DNA of 64,000 bases from an uncultured Bacteroidota bacterium (GTDB lineage: Bacteria; Bacteroidota; Bacteroidia; Bacteroidales; GCA-2748055), in assembly GCA_963716765.1 (NCBI GenBank), contig CAVQUO010000024.1, forward strand, positions 1,491 to 65,490. The letters run 5' to 3'. The position numbers were made by a program, and so were the translations under genes. The notes under the pieces were generated by a model. The model ran no database searches and was not told where the DNA came from. It worked only from the letters and a program-made list of their open reading frames with translations. Below, one piece after another: positions 39,865 through 51,823 of the stretch (its first letter is position 1; each line of letters begins with the position of its first letter).

Positions 39865-42093
39865 ATGAAAAGATCAGTTTTATTGTGGATAGGATTCACT
39901 ATTTTTCAAACACTTATTTCCCAAAGCACTTTCTTGCCGGCTGAAAATGTGTTCAGACAGATGGGAACCGACTTTGCCACACCAAATGTATACCGGAATG
40001 CAGCGGGAGCCCCGGGTCCCATGTACTGGCAGCAGCGGGCAGATTATAAGATCAGAATCACCCTGGATGATCAGAAGCAACAGATTCATGGAAGCGAGGT
40101 GATCACCTATTTTAATAACTCTCCCGATGCTTTGAACTATCTATGGGTTCAGTTGGATCAGAATGTGAGAGAAAAAGGGAGTTTGAAAGATCTTACTACC
40201 CCAAACTATATGCCGGAAAGACCAGCTTCATCCGGAAATGGAGGCTTTGCTGCTTTGTTGTCGGAGGAGTCCGAATATCGTTTCACTGAAGATCTGGATG
40301 GGGGTTTTAAAATCGGGGAAGTGAAAGACGAAAGTGGTAAGGATTATCCTTACACCATCAACTATACCATGATGCGTATCGACCTGGAAGAGCCCCTTGG
40401 AGCTGGAGAAAAGAAGGAAATCCACATCAGCTGGTGGTATAACATCAATAATCAGGCCACCCACTTTGGCCGCTCGGGCATGGAGTATTTTGCCGATGAC
40501 GACAACTATCTCTATACCATTGCACAGTTCTATCCAAGGATGGCTGCCTACACAGATTTTGAGGGTTGGCAGAACAAACAGTTCCTGGGTAGAAGTGAAT
40601 TTGCACTGACCTTTGGTGATTTTGACGTGGAGATTACCGCACCCTCTGATCATATTATCGGGGCCACCGGAGTGCTGGTAAATGGAAACGAAGTTCTGAG
40701 TGAGGAGCATCGCCGGCGCCTGAAAATGGCCGCTGAATCAGAGGAGAACCCAGTGAGCATTTTTTCAGCGGAAGAGGCAAAGGGTGCCATGAAGAATAAA
40801 TCCAAAAAGACATCCACCTGGCACTTTAAGGCGGAAAATGTACGCGACTTTGCTTTTGCCAGTTCCAGGCGTTTTATCTGGGATGCCATGGCAGTTAAGT
40901 TCGGGGATCGGACTGTAATGGCCATGTCGCTTTATCCGCCCGAAGGAAATCCGCTTTGGGAGCAGTATTCCACCAGGGCAGTGGCTCATACACTTAAAGT
41001 TTACTCCCGTCATACCTTTGATTATCCCTATCCTGTGGCCTGGTCGGTGCATGGCTTCACTGCCGGAATGGAGTATCCCATGGTTTCATTCAACCCGGGT
41101 CGACCTTTCTCTGATGGTACTTACTCTGAGGCAACCAAGTGGGAAATGATCGGGGTAATTATACATGAGGTGGGGCATAATTACTTTCCCATGATCGTTA
41201 ATTCTGATGAAAGACAGTGGACATGGATGGATGAAGGCCTGAATTCTTTCCTGCAAGGAATTGCTGAAAGAGAGTGGGATCACGAATGCCCTGCTCCCAT
41301 GGGAAGGCCCCGGGATATTGTTGATTACATGAGGGGAGATCAGACTCAGGTGGCACCCATTATGACCGACGGCCATCTGATGGTTCAATTCCTGGCCAAC
41401 GCTTATTTTAAGCCGGCTACCGGATTGAACATCCTGCGTGAGACCATCATGGGCAGGGAGCTTTTTGATTTTGCCTTCAAGCAGTACGCCCTGAGATGGA
41501 AATTCAAACACCCCACGCCTGAAGATTTTTTCAGAACCATGGAGGATGCCTCGGCAGTGGATCTGGATTGGTTCTGGAGGGGCTGGTTTTACGGCACCGA
41601 TCATGTGGATATTTCCATTGAGAATGTAATCGTGTTTACTGAAGGTTTAGGGTGGCCTGAGGCTGAGATTCCTGAGGAAATCGCCGTTCAGAGAAACCGG
41701 AAAGAGAAACAATCTGTTGTGGAGCAGGATCCTTCCATGCGCGATTTCTATGACAGCTACGAAAATCCGGAAGGATTGAAGGAGGAGATGGCCGTAGAGA
41801 CCTCAAACACGAATTATATCCAAATTAACTTCAGGAATATTGGTGGAATGATTATGCCACTGATCATTCAGTTCTCTTTTAGCGATGGCACTTCTGAAAT
41901 CCGTCGTATTCCCGCAGAAATATGGTCCAGAAACAATCTGGAAACAAGCAAAGTATTTTCTTTTGAAAAGGAAGTGAATTCTATGGTGCTGGATCCCTTT
42001 CTTGAGACAGCCGATTGCGATTTATTTAATAATAACTGGCCCCGAAAAAGCACCCCCGGCCGTTTTGAACTTTATAAAAACAGGATGAGATGA
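39865..42093 (+). CDS. M1-family zinc metallopeptidase (aminopeptidase N-like), exported
   Basis: Intact 742 aa with GMEYPM, HExxH + E (IIHEVGHNYFPMIVNSDERQWTWMDEGLNSF) and a signal peptide. Confidence 0.9.
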   Translation: MKRSVLLWIGFTIFQTLISQSTFLPAENVFRQMGTDFATPNVYRNAAGAPGPMYWQQRADYKIRITLDDQKQQIHGSEVITYFNNSPDALNYLWVQLDQNVREKGSLKDLTTPNYMPERPASSGNGGFAALLSEESEYRFTEDLDGGFKIGEVKDESGKDYPYTINYTMMRIDLEEPLGAGEKKEIHISWWYNINNQATHFGRSGMEYFADDDNYLYTIAQFYPRMAAYTDFEGWQNKQFLGRSEFALTFGDFDVEITAPSDHIIGATGVLVNGNEVLSEEHRRRLKMAAESEENPVSIFSAEEAKGAMKNKSKKTSTWHFKAENVRDFAFASSRRFIWDAMAVKFGDRTVMAMSLYPPEGNPLWEQYSTRAVAHTLKVYSRHTFDYPYPVAWSVHGFTAGMEYPMVSFNPGRPFSDGTYSEATKWEMIGVIIHEVGHNYFPMIVNSDERQWTWMDEGLNSFLQGIAEREWDHECPAPMGRPRDIVDYMRGDQTQVAPIMTDGHLMVQFLANAYFKPATGLNILRETIMGRELFDFAFKQYALRWKFKHPTPEDFFRTMEDASAVDLDWFWRGWFYGTDHVDISIENVIVFTEGLGWPEAEIPEEIAVQRNRKEKQSVVEQDPSMRDFYDSYENPEGLKEEMAVETSNTNYIQINFRNIGGMIMPLIIQFSFSDGTSEIRRIPAEIWSRNNLETSKVFSFEKEVNSMVLDPFLETADCDLFNNNWPRKSTPGRFELYKNRMR

Positions 42094-43458
42094 ATAAAGT
42101 GATTAAAAGGATATTATGGTTCTTGTTGTTTGCTGTTCTTGTTGCCGTTACATGGTTTGCCTGGCCCAGGCTGCCCATTATCACGGCTTTGCAGCAAAAG
42201 GGATGTGTTCCAGCGTTTTCCTGGCAGGAAAAACTCCTGAAAGGGTCGAAGCTGAGGACCTCTCCTTTTTCCCCATCAGCCTGGCAAAGTGTACAATAGA
42301 TTATGAGGAGAAATCGGTTACCGCAAGGGTTCTGGGCCTGGCAAAGCGGAAGGCGGTATTCAGGGAAGGACTTGGGTGCTGTTATGGTACTGGATAAACC
42401 CGAGGAGGAGCTGATGGCTGAATCATATAAAATTCCCGATCCCGGTTATAGTCAGGATACCATTCCCTGGCCCTTGGGCGATGTGATTTCTCACTTCAAT
42501 GCCTGAAGGGGTGGATTATGAAAAACTGGAAAGCATCCTGAAAGAAGCCATTGATGAGCCAGGGAGTGAGCCGTTCAAAAAAACCTTGGGAGTTGCAGTG
42601 GTATATGAGAATCAGCTGATCGGAGAGCATTACCTGGATGGCTATGATGCATGGACCAAATTTCATGGCTGGTCCATGACAAAAACGGTTACCGGAGCCA
42701 TGGCCGGGATTACTGGTGGAAGAGGGAAGGATGGATATGAACGCCAAAGGGGTATTCCGGATTGGGCAGGTGATGAGCGTAAAAATATCACCGTTGAAGA
42801 TATCATTTCATATGAGCAGCGGACTGAAATGGGTGGAGAACTATTTTACCATCTCTGATGCCACGGTGATGCTGATGCAAAGTGACGATATGTTCTCTTC
42901 GGTTACAGGCTGTGAGCTGGAGCATGAACCCGGAAGCTTCTGGAACTACTCTTCGGGCGATGCCAACTTGCTTTCCGGCCTGCTCAGAATTGCTATCGGA
43001 GATGATGATGAGTACCATGGTTATCCTATACACAGGTCTGTTTCATCGCATCGGGATGCTTGAATACAATGGTGGAAACCGATGCCAGTGGACTGTTTGT
43101 TGCTTCTTCCTTCAGTTATGGTTCGACCCGGGACTGGGCCCGCTTTGGTTGCTCTTCCTGAATCATGGAATCTTTGAAGGTGATACGGTGCTTAGTCCCG
43201 AATGGGTGGAGTATATGAAAGCTCCTGCTCCGGCATCGGATGGCTACTATGCAGGCACCTTCTGGTTGAAGGAACCCGAATGAGGAGAATGCCCTGACGG
43301 ATGTCCCGGAGGATATTTTCTTTGCTGACGGTTTCCTGGGACAGCGGGTTTATATCATACCCTCAAAAAATCTGGTGGTGGTTCGTATGGGCTACAGCCT
43401 GTCCAATTTCAGTATGAACGATTTTCTCAGGGATATCATAGCGACCCTTCCTGTGTAG
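42090..43458 (+). pseudogene. Beta-lactamase-family (class C-related) serine hydrolase, fragmented by at least 5 frameshifts
   Basis: Fragments lie in three frames. They are an N-terminal anchor MNKVIKRILWFLLF, AAKGMCSSVFLAG, the SxxK motif in FHGWSMTKTVTGAMAG, WNYSSGDANLLSGLL and the C-terminal FFADGFLGQRVYIIPSKNLVVVRMGY. Confidence 0.75.
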
Positions 43459-43499
43459 TCCTAAAAAATTTACTACTTTTCGGGTGGATTTTAGTTTGC

Positions 43500-45271
43500 A
43501 TGAAGAAAGTTTCCTCAATAAGCGTTGCAGGTTATTCCGGATTCACCCTTGTTCTGGTTTACCTGTTCTATTATCTGAAGAAGGTGGATATTTCGCTGAT
43601 TTATAACTGGCAGCAAACCATCCCTCTTTCTTTCGCTGAGTCCCTGAAATTTCCGGGAGGAATATCCACCCTTCTGGCCGACCTGATCCTGGAGTTCACT
43701 ACCCAGGCTATTTATGGGAAGGTCATGTTTGCCCTGCTTCTCGTGGTAGTGTTTTTCTCACTGAAAACAATATTCCGGAGAGACCGTGATAATCCACTTT
43801 TTTTTGCGCTGTTATTCGCTTCACTGATTCCTTTCATTTTACTCTTTTCTCACTACCGCTTACCTTTTGAATTGGTAACCAGCATTACTACTGCTTTATT
43901 CTTAGGAATGTCCTATAGCTATTATCGCCCCCGAAATCTGGGGCTTAGGACCCTGAGTAATTTTTTTGCAGGCATTGTGGTATTTATTGTTTCAGGAGTG
44001 CCAGGACTCGTTGTACTTCTTCAGCTTTTCTTGATACAGGCGCTGTATTCGAAACGATATTTAGACTTAATTTCAGTTCTTCCAGTCTTGATTCTTCCCC
44101 TGCTTTATCTCCCATTCAACATTGCTGTCACCATCAAACAGGCATTTTATGGCCTGTTCCTGATTTCGGGATATGATGAAATTCCACCCATATTTTATTA
44201 TAGCCTTTTTTCTCCCTTATTGCTTTTCTGGGACTTTCACTTTTGAGTTTTATCATTTCAAAATTCACTTTGAAACGACCTCTGTTAATCTCTGTAAGTA
44301 CTATTATCATTGCCATTATTGCAATGGCATACACCACTAATGAGAAATTTAGTGTAAAAGAAAAGAATGGATATTCGATCATACAGGCAAGTTTCGTTGG
44401 GGATTGGGATAGGGTATTGCAACTCACTGAAGAAGTAAAATACATCAATAACCTGGTGCAATTTGAAGTCAACAGAGCCCTTTACGGTACAGGGCAGTTG
44501 TTGGATAAAATGTTCTATTATCCGCAGCAATTTGCAGAGGAAGGGGTTTTTCTTGATGGATTTATTTCAAGCCAGGTGGCGATACATACTGCTGCCTTTT
44601 ACTATGATCTTGGATTTGCAAACGAAACAAGACACTGGGCCACTGAAGCACAGATGGTACTTGTAGAGCATCCAATTGTACTGCAGCAGCTGGTTATGTC
44701 ATATATAGCCATTGGCCAGGAGAAAACGGCAATTAAATATTTAAATGTGTTGTCAGGATCCAGACTTTATACAGGATTGGTGTAATCATGTTTATGGGAT
44801 GTTAGAGAACCATCAGGCTGGAGAGGATCCTGACATTAAGTTTTTCAGGGACAATAATCCCACCAGAGATTTCTTTGCCGGGACAAAGGACCCGGTTGAG
44901 AAACTTGAGAAGTTTTATAGCAGTAATAAAAGCAACAAAATGGCTTTTGAATTCCTGGTGGCAGGGCATTTATTAAACATAACATTGGTGCAGTGGTTTC
45001 TCTTGTTCCCCAGTTCAAAAATCATGGACATGAATCATTTCCACGGGCCGTTGAAGAAGCACTTATGGTATACGTGGCCAAGGGTGGAACCCAGACTTCA
45101 ATCCTGTCCGACTATGCCATCAGCAAAACTACAGTAGAGGAATTCAAGGATTTCAACAAATTGCTTGGAAGCGTTGAAAGCAAGGCCGAAAGGATGAAGA
45201 AGGTTTCTAAATACAAAAACACTTACTGGTTTTATTTATTATTCAGCAGTCCCTATGCTAACAAAAAATAG
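43500..45271 (+). CDS. Large polytopic membrane protein with a soluble C-terminal domain (resembles DUF6057-type proteins), about 3 frameshifts (about 44240, 44760, 45000-45130)
   Basis: ORFs 43500..44246, 44243..44785, 44745..45137 and 44993..45271 read as one protein. It has many TM helices followed by a helical-repeat-like domain ending KYKNTYWFYLLF. Confidence 0.55.
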
Positions 45272-46804
45272 CCTAATATTACTTTTTTTGCTCACTCTGC
45301 TAATGGGGTGTAAGCGCTTGCCCGGCGAGTTTGAGCAAATCGAGGAAGATCCGGAGCTCTATCCTGATTATACTTCGATCACAATTCCCTATAACATCGC
45401 ACCTTTAAATTTTCAGATATTAAACAAGGGTGACCGTTTTGTAGTGGAGGCAGCAAACAGCCTGAACAGGAGTATTAGAGTGGAAAGTAAAGATGGTAGT
45501 ATTCAGTTTCCCCTGAAGGCCTGGAAGAGACTTCTGGACAAGGGCAAGGGAGGGACTCTGACTATTTCGGTATACAAAAAGAATAAGGGAGAGCGCTGGG
45601 AAGCTTTTACTCCGGTAAGAAATGAAATTTCCGGAAATAAGATAGATCCATACATTGCCTTTCGAAAAATTCCTCCGGCAAATATTGTATGGGAAGAAAT
45701 GGGGATTTATCAGCGCTCTCTTGAAACCTTCAAGCAAACACCCATCATGGTCAATTCCGTGACCGAAAACAACTGCATGAATTGTCATATGTTTAATGCA
45801 GGCGATCCGGAACAGGTATTGTTCCATATGCGCGGGCCCTATGGGGGAACGGTAGTGGCTAACAATGAGAATGTTCAATTTGTGGATACAAAGACTGAGC
45901 AAACGCGCAGTGCAGGGTCATATCCTTCATGGCATCCCAGTGGTGAATTGATCGCCTTTTCGGTAAATCAGATCAGTCAGTCCTTCCATTCGAAAATAGG
46001 AAAACTCTACTACGTAGTAGACAAATATTCAGATATTGTACTATACGATGTGAAGAGCAGGAGTGTTACCAGGCCTGCTGAACTGGCCACAGCAAAACTT
46101 GAGAATCTCCCTTCATGGTCCAATGACGGGCAGAGTTTATACTATATCTGCGCTGACGAGGGTGTTGATTCATTACCATATTATTCAAGGGTTTACCATT
46201 TGATGAATATTGGTTTCGATGATGGAGACACGAAAGTTTGGACCATTCTGACACACTGATCAGCGCCAGTGTTTTCGGGAGAAGCATCACTCACCCAAGG
46301 GAGTGTCCTACAAAGGATATTGTCTCATTTATTGGTGTTGATTATGGCTACTTCTCCATTTATAATCAGGATGCAGACGTCTATCTCTACAACAAAAAAA
46401 CGGGGTCGATCACGAAGCCCGGGATTAATTCAGATTTTACTGAGAGTTATCCTTCCTGGTCGAGAAATGGTTCATGGCTTATGTTTGTAAGTAAACGTGA
46501 AGACGGACTCTTCTCACAGGTCTGGTTCAGCCATATTGATGATAATGGTATCGCCGGGAAACCATTTGTTATGCCCCAGAAGGAACCCGATTTTTCTGCC
46601 GATTACCTTTTCAATTACAATAGACCGGAATTTATTTCAGGGAAGGTTGATTGGACCCCCAGGAAAATATTCTCCATAGTTAAAGCAAAACCCTTACCCA
46701 GCTCCTTCGATGAAGCCTCAAGTGTTAGCATTTCATCAGGAGCCACCAGATCGGCCAGTCCTGAGGATCCAGCCGGTGGCCAGGAACATTACCATCACGA
46801 TTAA
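45255..46804 (+). CDS. Lipoprotein with a single CxxCH motif and a PD40/TolB-like beta-propeller, one frameshift about 46240
   Basis: Lipobox LLMGCKR, NNCMNCHMFNAG and PD40-like repeats (SYPSWHPSGELIAFS, NLPSWSNDGQSLYY, SYPSWSRNGSWLMFVS). The start overlaps the upstream gene end. Confidence 0.65.
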
Positions 46805-49479
46805 CTATTGCGATTTTAAAATTTTTATGGGAAATCATTTTTCGGCCAGCTTGCTGCATGGTAAGGAAATAGAGGCCGGCCGATGCCTGAATGCCTGGTG
46901 CCCATTCAATAGTCCCCTGCCTTGAGCTCACATCCATCCTAACTCTCTTTTCGATTAGCCTTCCATTTGAATCATAGAGGGAAAACTCGATGGGTGAATG
47001 ATCGGGCACAGAATAGCTCAGTGTAAAGACCTCTTTGATCGGGTTCGGATTTACCGATAGCGAGTATCCCGACGATAATGATAGCTCCTGGTTCATCGAT
47101 GTTGGAATGAATTTCACGAAGTTGATCCAGTTCATGCTCCACCCACCCGATGCTGCATATATCCGCAGTGTTTGACTACCCTGCGCCAGCGAAATGGTAT
47201 CTGTAAGAGTGACCCAGGTTTGATCTCCCCCGGTAGACTCAATGATCATGGATGAGAGAACGGACTGGCTCATTTTTCTGAGCTCGAGTTTCCCTCCGTC
47301 TGAAATGCTTGCTACCCTGTATTCAATAAGGTAGTCGCCCTCCTCCTGTACATTTAAGGAATAATCGATCCAATCTCCGTTTTCAATGGAAAATATATTT
47401 AGTCCCCCACCCGCATCAGAAGTGCTTTGGGTATGTCACCCCTGACATTCGATAATAGTTTTCGGCTTCAACTTTTCCCGGAACTGAAAATATTTCGTAA
47501 TAGGAGAAGGGATTAGTTAAGCCGGTGGCAAGACCGGCGTTATCGTAGGCCATTACTGTGATGGTATGCGAACCGAAGGGGAGCGAGTCAATGGTCCATT
47601 CAAATTCGCCATGGGTGCTTGCCTCAACAAAACGGGAATTGACGTAAAGTTCAACTTTCGCTAAACCGTCAGGATCATCGGCTATCCCATTTACAGTCAA
47701 TGCTTTGTCGGAACCCAGGCGGGCATCATACCTGGGGGAGCTAATTGCAAGTGCGGGTGGATTATTGGCAAAAACAGGCACCTTAAAACTTAACTCCGAT
47801 CCATCACCCAATACCGCATCCACGCCAGCAAGCAATACGGTCAGAGGCGAATTCCAGTTGATACAGATTTCGTTGGAAGCATAACTGGCCTCTTCATCAA
47901 TGTAAGATTTGGCCGGATTGCTGAAAGGATATTTCTGCCTGTCCTCCTGGTTCATGTTGGGCCCACCGGCTAAATATCCGGGTATGGGCTGAATAATTCC
48001 GTCGGCACTTGAGGGTCGGTCGTGAAAATGCATGGGTGTGCGGGCTCCGTAGGAAGACATGAAGGAAAAGCCTGTTCCGTTCTTTCCCAGGATATAATCG
48101 GCACACTCTGCGGCACCCTTGATGTATTTATCATCATCTGTCAGGATGTGGGCATACAGAAGTCCGACACCTATATTGGAAATACTGGCGTTGGATCCCC
48201 AGTAATATCCAAATTGGGGGATGCGGCTCTCGCTGGATTCGATCTGGTTCAGCCAGTAATCGGATTTGGAAATGATGGAGTTTCGGATCGTGTTGAGAAG
48301 CGCTTCAGATAAACCATTGGCCCTGGTTGCCAGTGACAGGGATGCCAGGGGCTGAACATTCGGCCAGCCTGGCTCACCGTTATAGCTAAGTGAATTGCTT
48401 TTGCTTTCCAGGTAGGATTTAAATTCTGCTTCTCCGGTGCTGATAAACAGTTCGGCTGCGGCCCAGATAAATTCATCACTCACATCTCCATCCCCGTAAT
48501 TACCCGTGGAAACGTCAGGGGGATTATTAAAATAGATGGCAGGGTTCTCTTTGGCCCAATTCCAGGCCTCTATGGCGCGTGCCATGCAATCATTGGCATA
48601 GTCGGCATCATATTCCTGGTAGATTCGTCCGGCCATGGCCATCATTGCAGCAAAATCGAGGGTGGAGGCCGTAGATTTCCCGATCACATAGCGGTCTCTG
48701 CTCGCGTCTTCCGGCATGATCGTTCCCGTGAAGTTTAAAGTTGTCAGTTTATGAAACACACCACCATCTTCGTCCTGCATGGTTTTCAACCAGTCCAGTT
48801 CGTACTTCACCTCATCCAGCAGGTCGCTCTGTCCGTTCCCCGATTCCGGAATGATGGTGCTGCTGTCGCTAAAAAAAGCGCTAAAATTCTCATGAAATGA
48901 AAGCATGGTCGCAACGGAAATCCCTGCATTAACCACGTATTTTCCGAAATCTCCCGCATCATACCATCCTCCCGGCGACGAGATTTTTCCACTTTTTCCC
49001 GTTGACGAATGCAGGATACAGGACGTGTCAGGATGTCCGGCACCCCTGGCCCATAGTCCGGCGTAAGGATTTGTCAGTTCATAGGAACAGCGTTTGTAAT
49101 AGTAAGATTTTAGGGAAGCATAGGCTGCGTTTCTCAATACGGTATTTGAAATCTCAAATTCAAATGATTCTCCGAAGCCAGGAATCCTGATCCTGTAGTT
49201 CCCGGGTTTGGTGAATGTTGAAAAATCGCAAATCTTCAGGCTGTCACCAGCGTCGGCCCAGTACTTTTGAGGAGACATGTTTCCCGAAAATTCAAGGCTG
49301 CCGTCGAGTGCATTTACTAGCTCGAAAGTGCTTGCCTGCGTATGGATCACCAGGGCCATTTTATTGGCTGCCGGGTAATAACCCAGCTGGTTGATCCGGA
49401 TGTTCCCGGTTTGCGAATATGCGATCAACGACAAGCAGGTCAACAAAGACCCAATCATGGCTTTTTTGGGGAGATTCAT
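46725..49479 (-). CDS. GH9 endoglucanase with N-terminal Ig-like domain, Ig-like spacer, CBM6-like module and T9SS C-terminal sorting domain. One frameshift about 47430.
   Basis: INQLGYYPAANK (CelD_N-like), GGWYDAGDFGKY, DEVKYELDWLKTMQ and YLAGGPN. CBM6 is EAENYY...DAGGGLN...GDWIDY...GGWSMNWINF. The CTD is LSVNPNPIKEVFTLSY...GLYFLTMQ. Confidence 0.85.
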
Positions 49480-49611
49480 TTTGATCAGATTTGGAGGACA
49501 AATTAAAGAAAATCTTTGTTACGCGCCTGGAGAGGGATCTAATCTTTTAACAGAAAATCATGGGTATATAGTCGAATAATACCTAATTTTCGCGGCTAAA
49601 ATTTATACTCC

Positions 49612-50628
49612 ATGAATTCAAAGTTGCTATCAGGAAGGTTTTTTGTACAGGTAATGGTCCTTGGCGTGTTGTTATTAACAGCCTCTGCCCGAGGATTACA
49701 AGCGCAGGAAAAAACCGAGGGAACCATGACATTTACTGTCAGAACCGTTACCGTGAATGGAAACTTTTCACCCAGACATGTACTGGCAATATGGGTGGAG
49801 GATGCAAATGGCTTTGTCCTTACAAGGAAGTTAAGAGCTGAAAAGAGAAAACAATACCTCTACACCTGGAATGTCAAATCGGGGGGCAATGTGACAGATG
49901 CAACTACGGGAGCCACTCTTTCCAGTCATCAGACCCATACGGTGATATGGGATTGTAAAGACAAAGACGGAGCCCTTGTTCCGGATGGAGAATACAAGGT
50001 ATATGTTGAATTTACCGAGGCACATGTTCAGGGACCATTGAGAATGGTAAGCTTCACAAAGGGCCCCGAAACAGTTTCTATCTCACCGGCCGATGAAACA
50101 AACTTCAAGGATATGGCTTTACAGTTTGAGCCCACAGTAACAGTCACTGCCGGATTTACCTTCGTCGCAGAAGAATTGCTTGTTAATTTCACCTCCACCT
50201 CCACTGGAGCAACTTCCTATGACTGGGATTTTGGGGATGGAAATACAAGCCAGGAGGAGAACCCCTCGCACAGCTATGCCTCTGCGGGAACTTATTCCGT
50301 GAGCCTGAAAGCAACAGCAGGTTCAAACAGTGCCACTGAAGCCCAGGAGATCACTGTTTCCAGCACTGTTGGAACAGGAGGAACCTTACTTGATACACCG
50401 CAGATCTATCCCAATCCTACAAGTGGAGTTTTCACAGTCTCTCTGGATAAGGATGCGGGTATCTCTTCCATCAAGGTATTTGCTAGCAACGGTAGCCTGG
50501 TATATTCAAGGGAGATAGTTGGTAAGGATTCACACCAGGTCAACATAGAAGCTTCTGAAAGTGGCACTTACATTCTGAAGGTTGAAAATCAGCATGGGTT
50601 CTATAGCCAAAAGATAGTTATGGAGTAG
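49612..50628 (+). CDS. DUF2271-like + PKD domain protein with a T9SS C-terminal sorting domain
   Basis: FSPRHVLAIWVEDANGFVLTRKL..., PKD (FTSTSTGATSYDWDFGDGNTSQEENPSHSYASAGTYSVSL) and CTD (IYPNPTSGVFTVSL...GTYILKVEN). Confidence 0.75.
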   Translation: MNSKLLSGRFFVQVMVLGVLLLTASARGLQAQEKTEGTMTFTVRTVTVNGNFSPRHVLAIWVEDANGFVLTRKLRAEKRKQYLYTWNVKSGGNVTDATTGATLSSHQTHTVIWDCKDKDGALVPDGEYKVYVEFTEAHVQGPLRMVSFTKGPETVSISPADETNFKDMALQFEPTVTVTAGFTFVAEELLVNFTSTSTGATSYDWDFGDGNTSQEENPSHSYASAGTYSVSLKATAGSNSATEAQEITVSSTVGTGGTLLDTPQIYPNPTSGVFTVSLDKDAGISSIKVFASNGSLVYSREIVGKDSHQVNIEASESGTYILKVENQHGFYSQKIVME

Positions 50629-51763
50629 CCTGATGGGCTATGGCCCGGAATAATTCCAGGATTACTTTCGGATCAGCGTAGGGATTTTCCTTCTCATTGA
50701 ACCTGTGATTGGCAGAGTTCACGGCGATAACTGTTCTGCTTGTTGGGTTAATGTAGATATACTGATTGTAAACCCCCATGGCCAAAAACTCTCCTTCTTT
50801 TCCCTTGGGGATCCACCATTGATAGCCGTATCCAAATAGTTTGTTGTTTTCTGGCATAAGGTGTTTGGCATCGGGTTTCACAGAAGCAATCGACCACTCC
50901 CTGGGAAGGATCTGCTCCCCTTGCCAGCTTCCCTGGTCCAGGTACAGTTGGCCGATTTTAGCGTAGTCCCGGAGTGCCATATTTAAGCCACCCAGGGCAA
51001 CCTCCATTCCGGAATCATCACAGAGCCAATAGGCATTATATTCCATACCCATTGGCTTCCATAATTTCTCTTCAAGATATTTGCTTAAGCTTTTTCCGGT
51101 GGTCCTTACAATAATCATCCCCAGGACATGGGTATTGATGCTCACGTAATGCAGATGAGTTCCGGGTTCCTCCTCCCGTTTCAGTGTTGCCGCAAATTTG
51201 TTCTGGGAGCGTCCAAAGGCAAAGCTTCGGCCCCACTTATTGATGTCCGACATAAATGCTCCGTAGTCTTCATTAAATTTCACGCCGGAGGACATTTGCA
51301 ATACATCCTTAATGCGTACTCCCTCATATCCCGACCCGATTAGTTCGGGCAGGTAAGTATCAACAGTCTGATCCAAACTATGAATATATCCTTCTTCCAT
51401 GGCTATGCCGAAAAGGGCCGATACAACGGATTTGGCCATCGACCAGCTGATATGCTGGGTGCTTTCACTGTTGCCCGGAAAATATTTTTCATAAACCAGG
51501 CTGCCGTTCTGAATAACCAGGAATCCTCTGGTAAAGGAAGATTTGAGGTACTCAATGCTTTTGTAGCGCTTTCCCTCAAATGAAAATTCTTCGGGTAGAT
51601 TTTTTGACTCCCCCTGGGGAAACCTGAAAGGATGATCGGATGCTACGATCTTATTTGCGGTAATTTTATGATACATCCCCATGAAGTTTCCAGCGATCTT
51701 ATCTTTATCAAAAAGATGCATGACCCAATAGACCCTTCGTAACTTGTTAAAGAAAATTCTCAC
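50618..51763 (-). CDS. Beta-lactamase-family serine hydrolase (intact paralogue type)
   Basis: 381 aa with the SxxK motif in ISWSMAKSVVSALFG, YVSINTHVLG and GYGYQWWIP. Confidence 0.8.
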   Translation of the reverse strand: MRIFFNKLRRVYWVMHLFDKDKIAGNFMGMYHKITANKIVASDHPFRFPQGESKNLPEEFSFEGKRYKSIEYLKSSFTRGFLVIQNGSLVYEKYFPGNSESTQHISWSMAKSVVSALFGIAMEEGYIHSLDQTVDTYLPELIGSGYEGVRIKDVLQMSSGVKFNEDYGAFMSDINKWGRSFAFGRSQNKFAATLKREEEPGTHLHYVSINTHVLGMIIVRTTGKSLSKYLEEKLWKPMGMEYNAYWLCDDSGMEVALGGLNMALRDYAKIGQLYLDQGSWQGEQILPREWSIASVKPDAKHLMPENNKLFGYGYQWWIPKGKEGEFLAMGVYNQYIYINPTSRTVIAVNSANHRFNEKENPYADPKVILELFRAIAHQATP

Positions 51764-51823
51764 AAAAGCAAGTTAGTTTTTTTTAGATAAGCAGGATGGG
51801 GGAAATGGGTACCTTTGTAGTCC

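Noticed and set aside
44243-44785. The TTG-initiated ORF 44243..44785 could be an independent gene.
   Set aside because: Its hydrophobic N-terminus continues the TM pattern of ORF 43500..44246 across a 4-nt overlap. The downstream pieces continue the same protein, so it is better read as one frameshifted gene.
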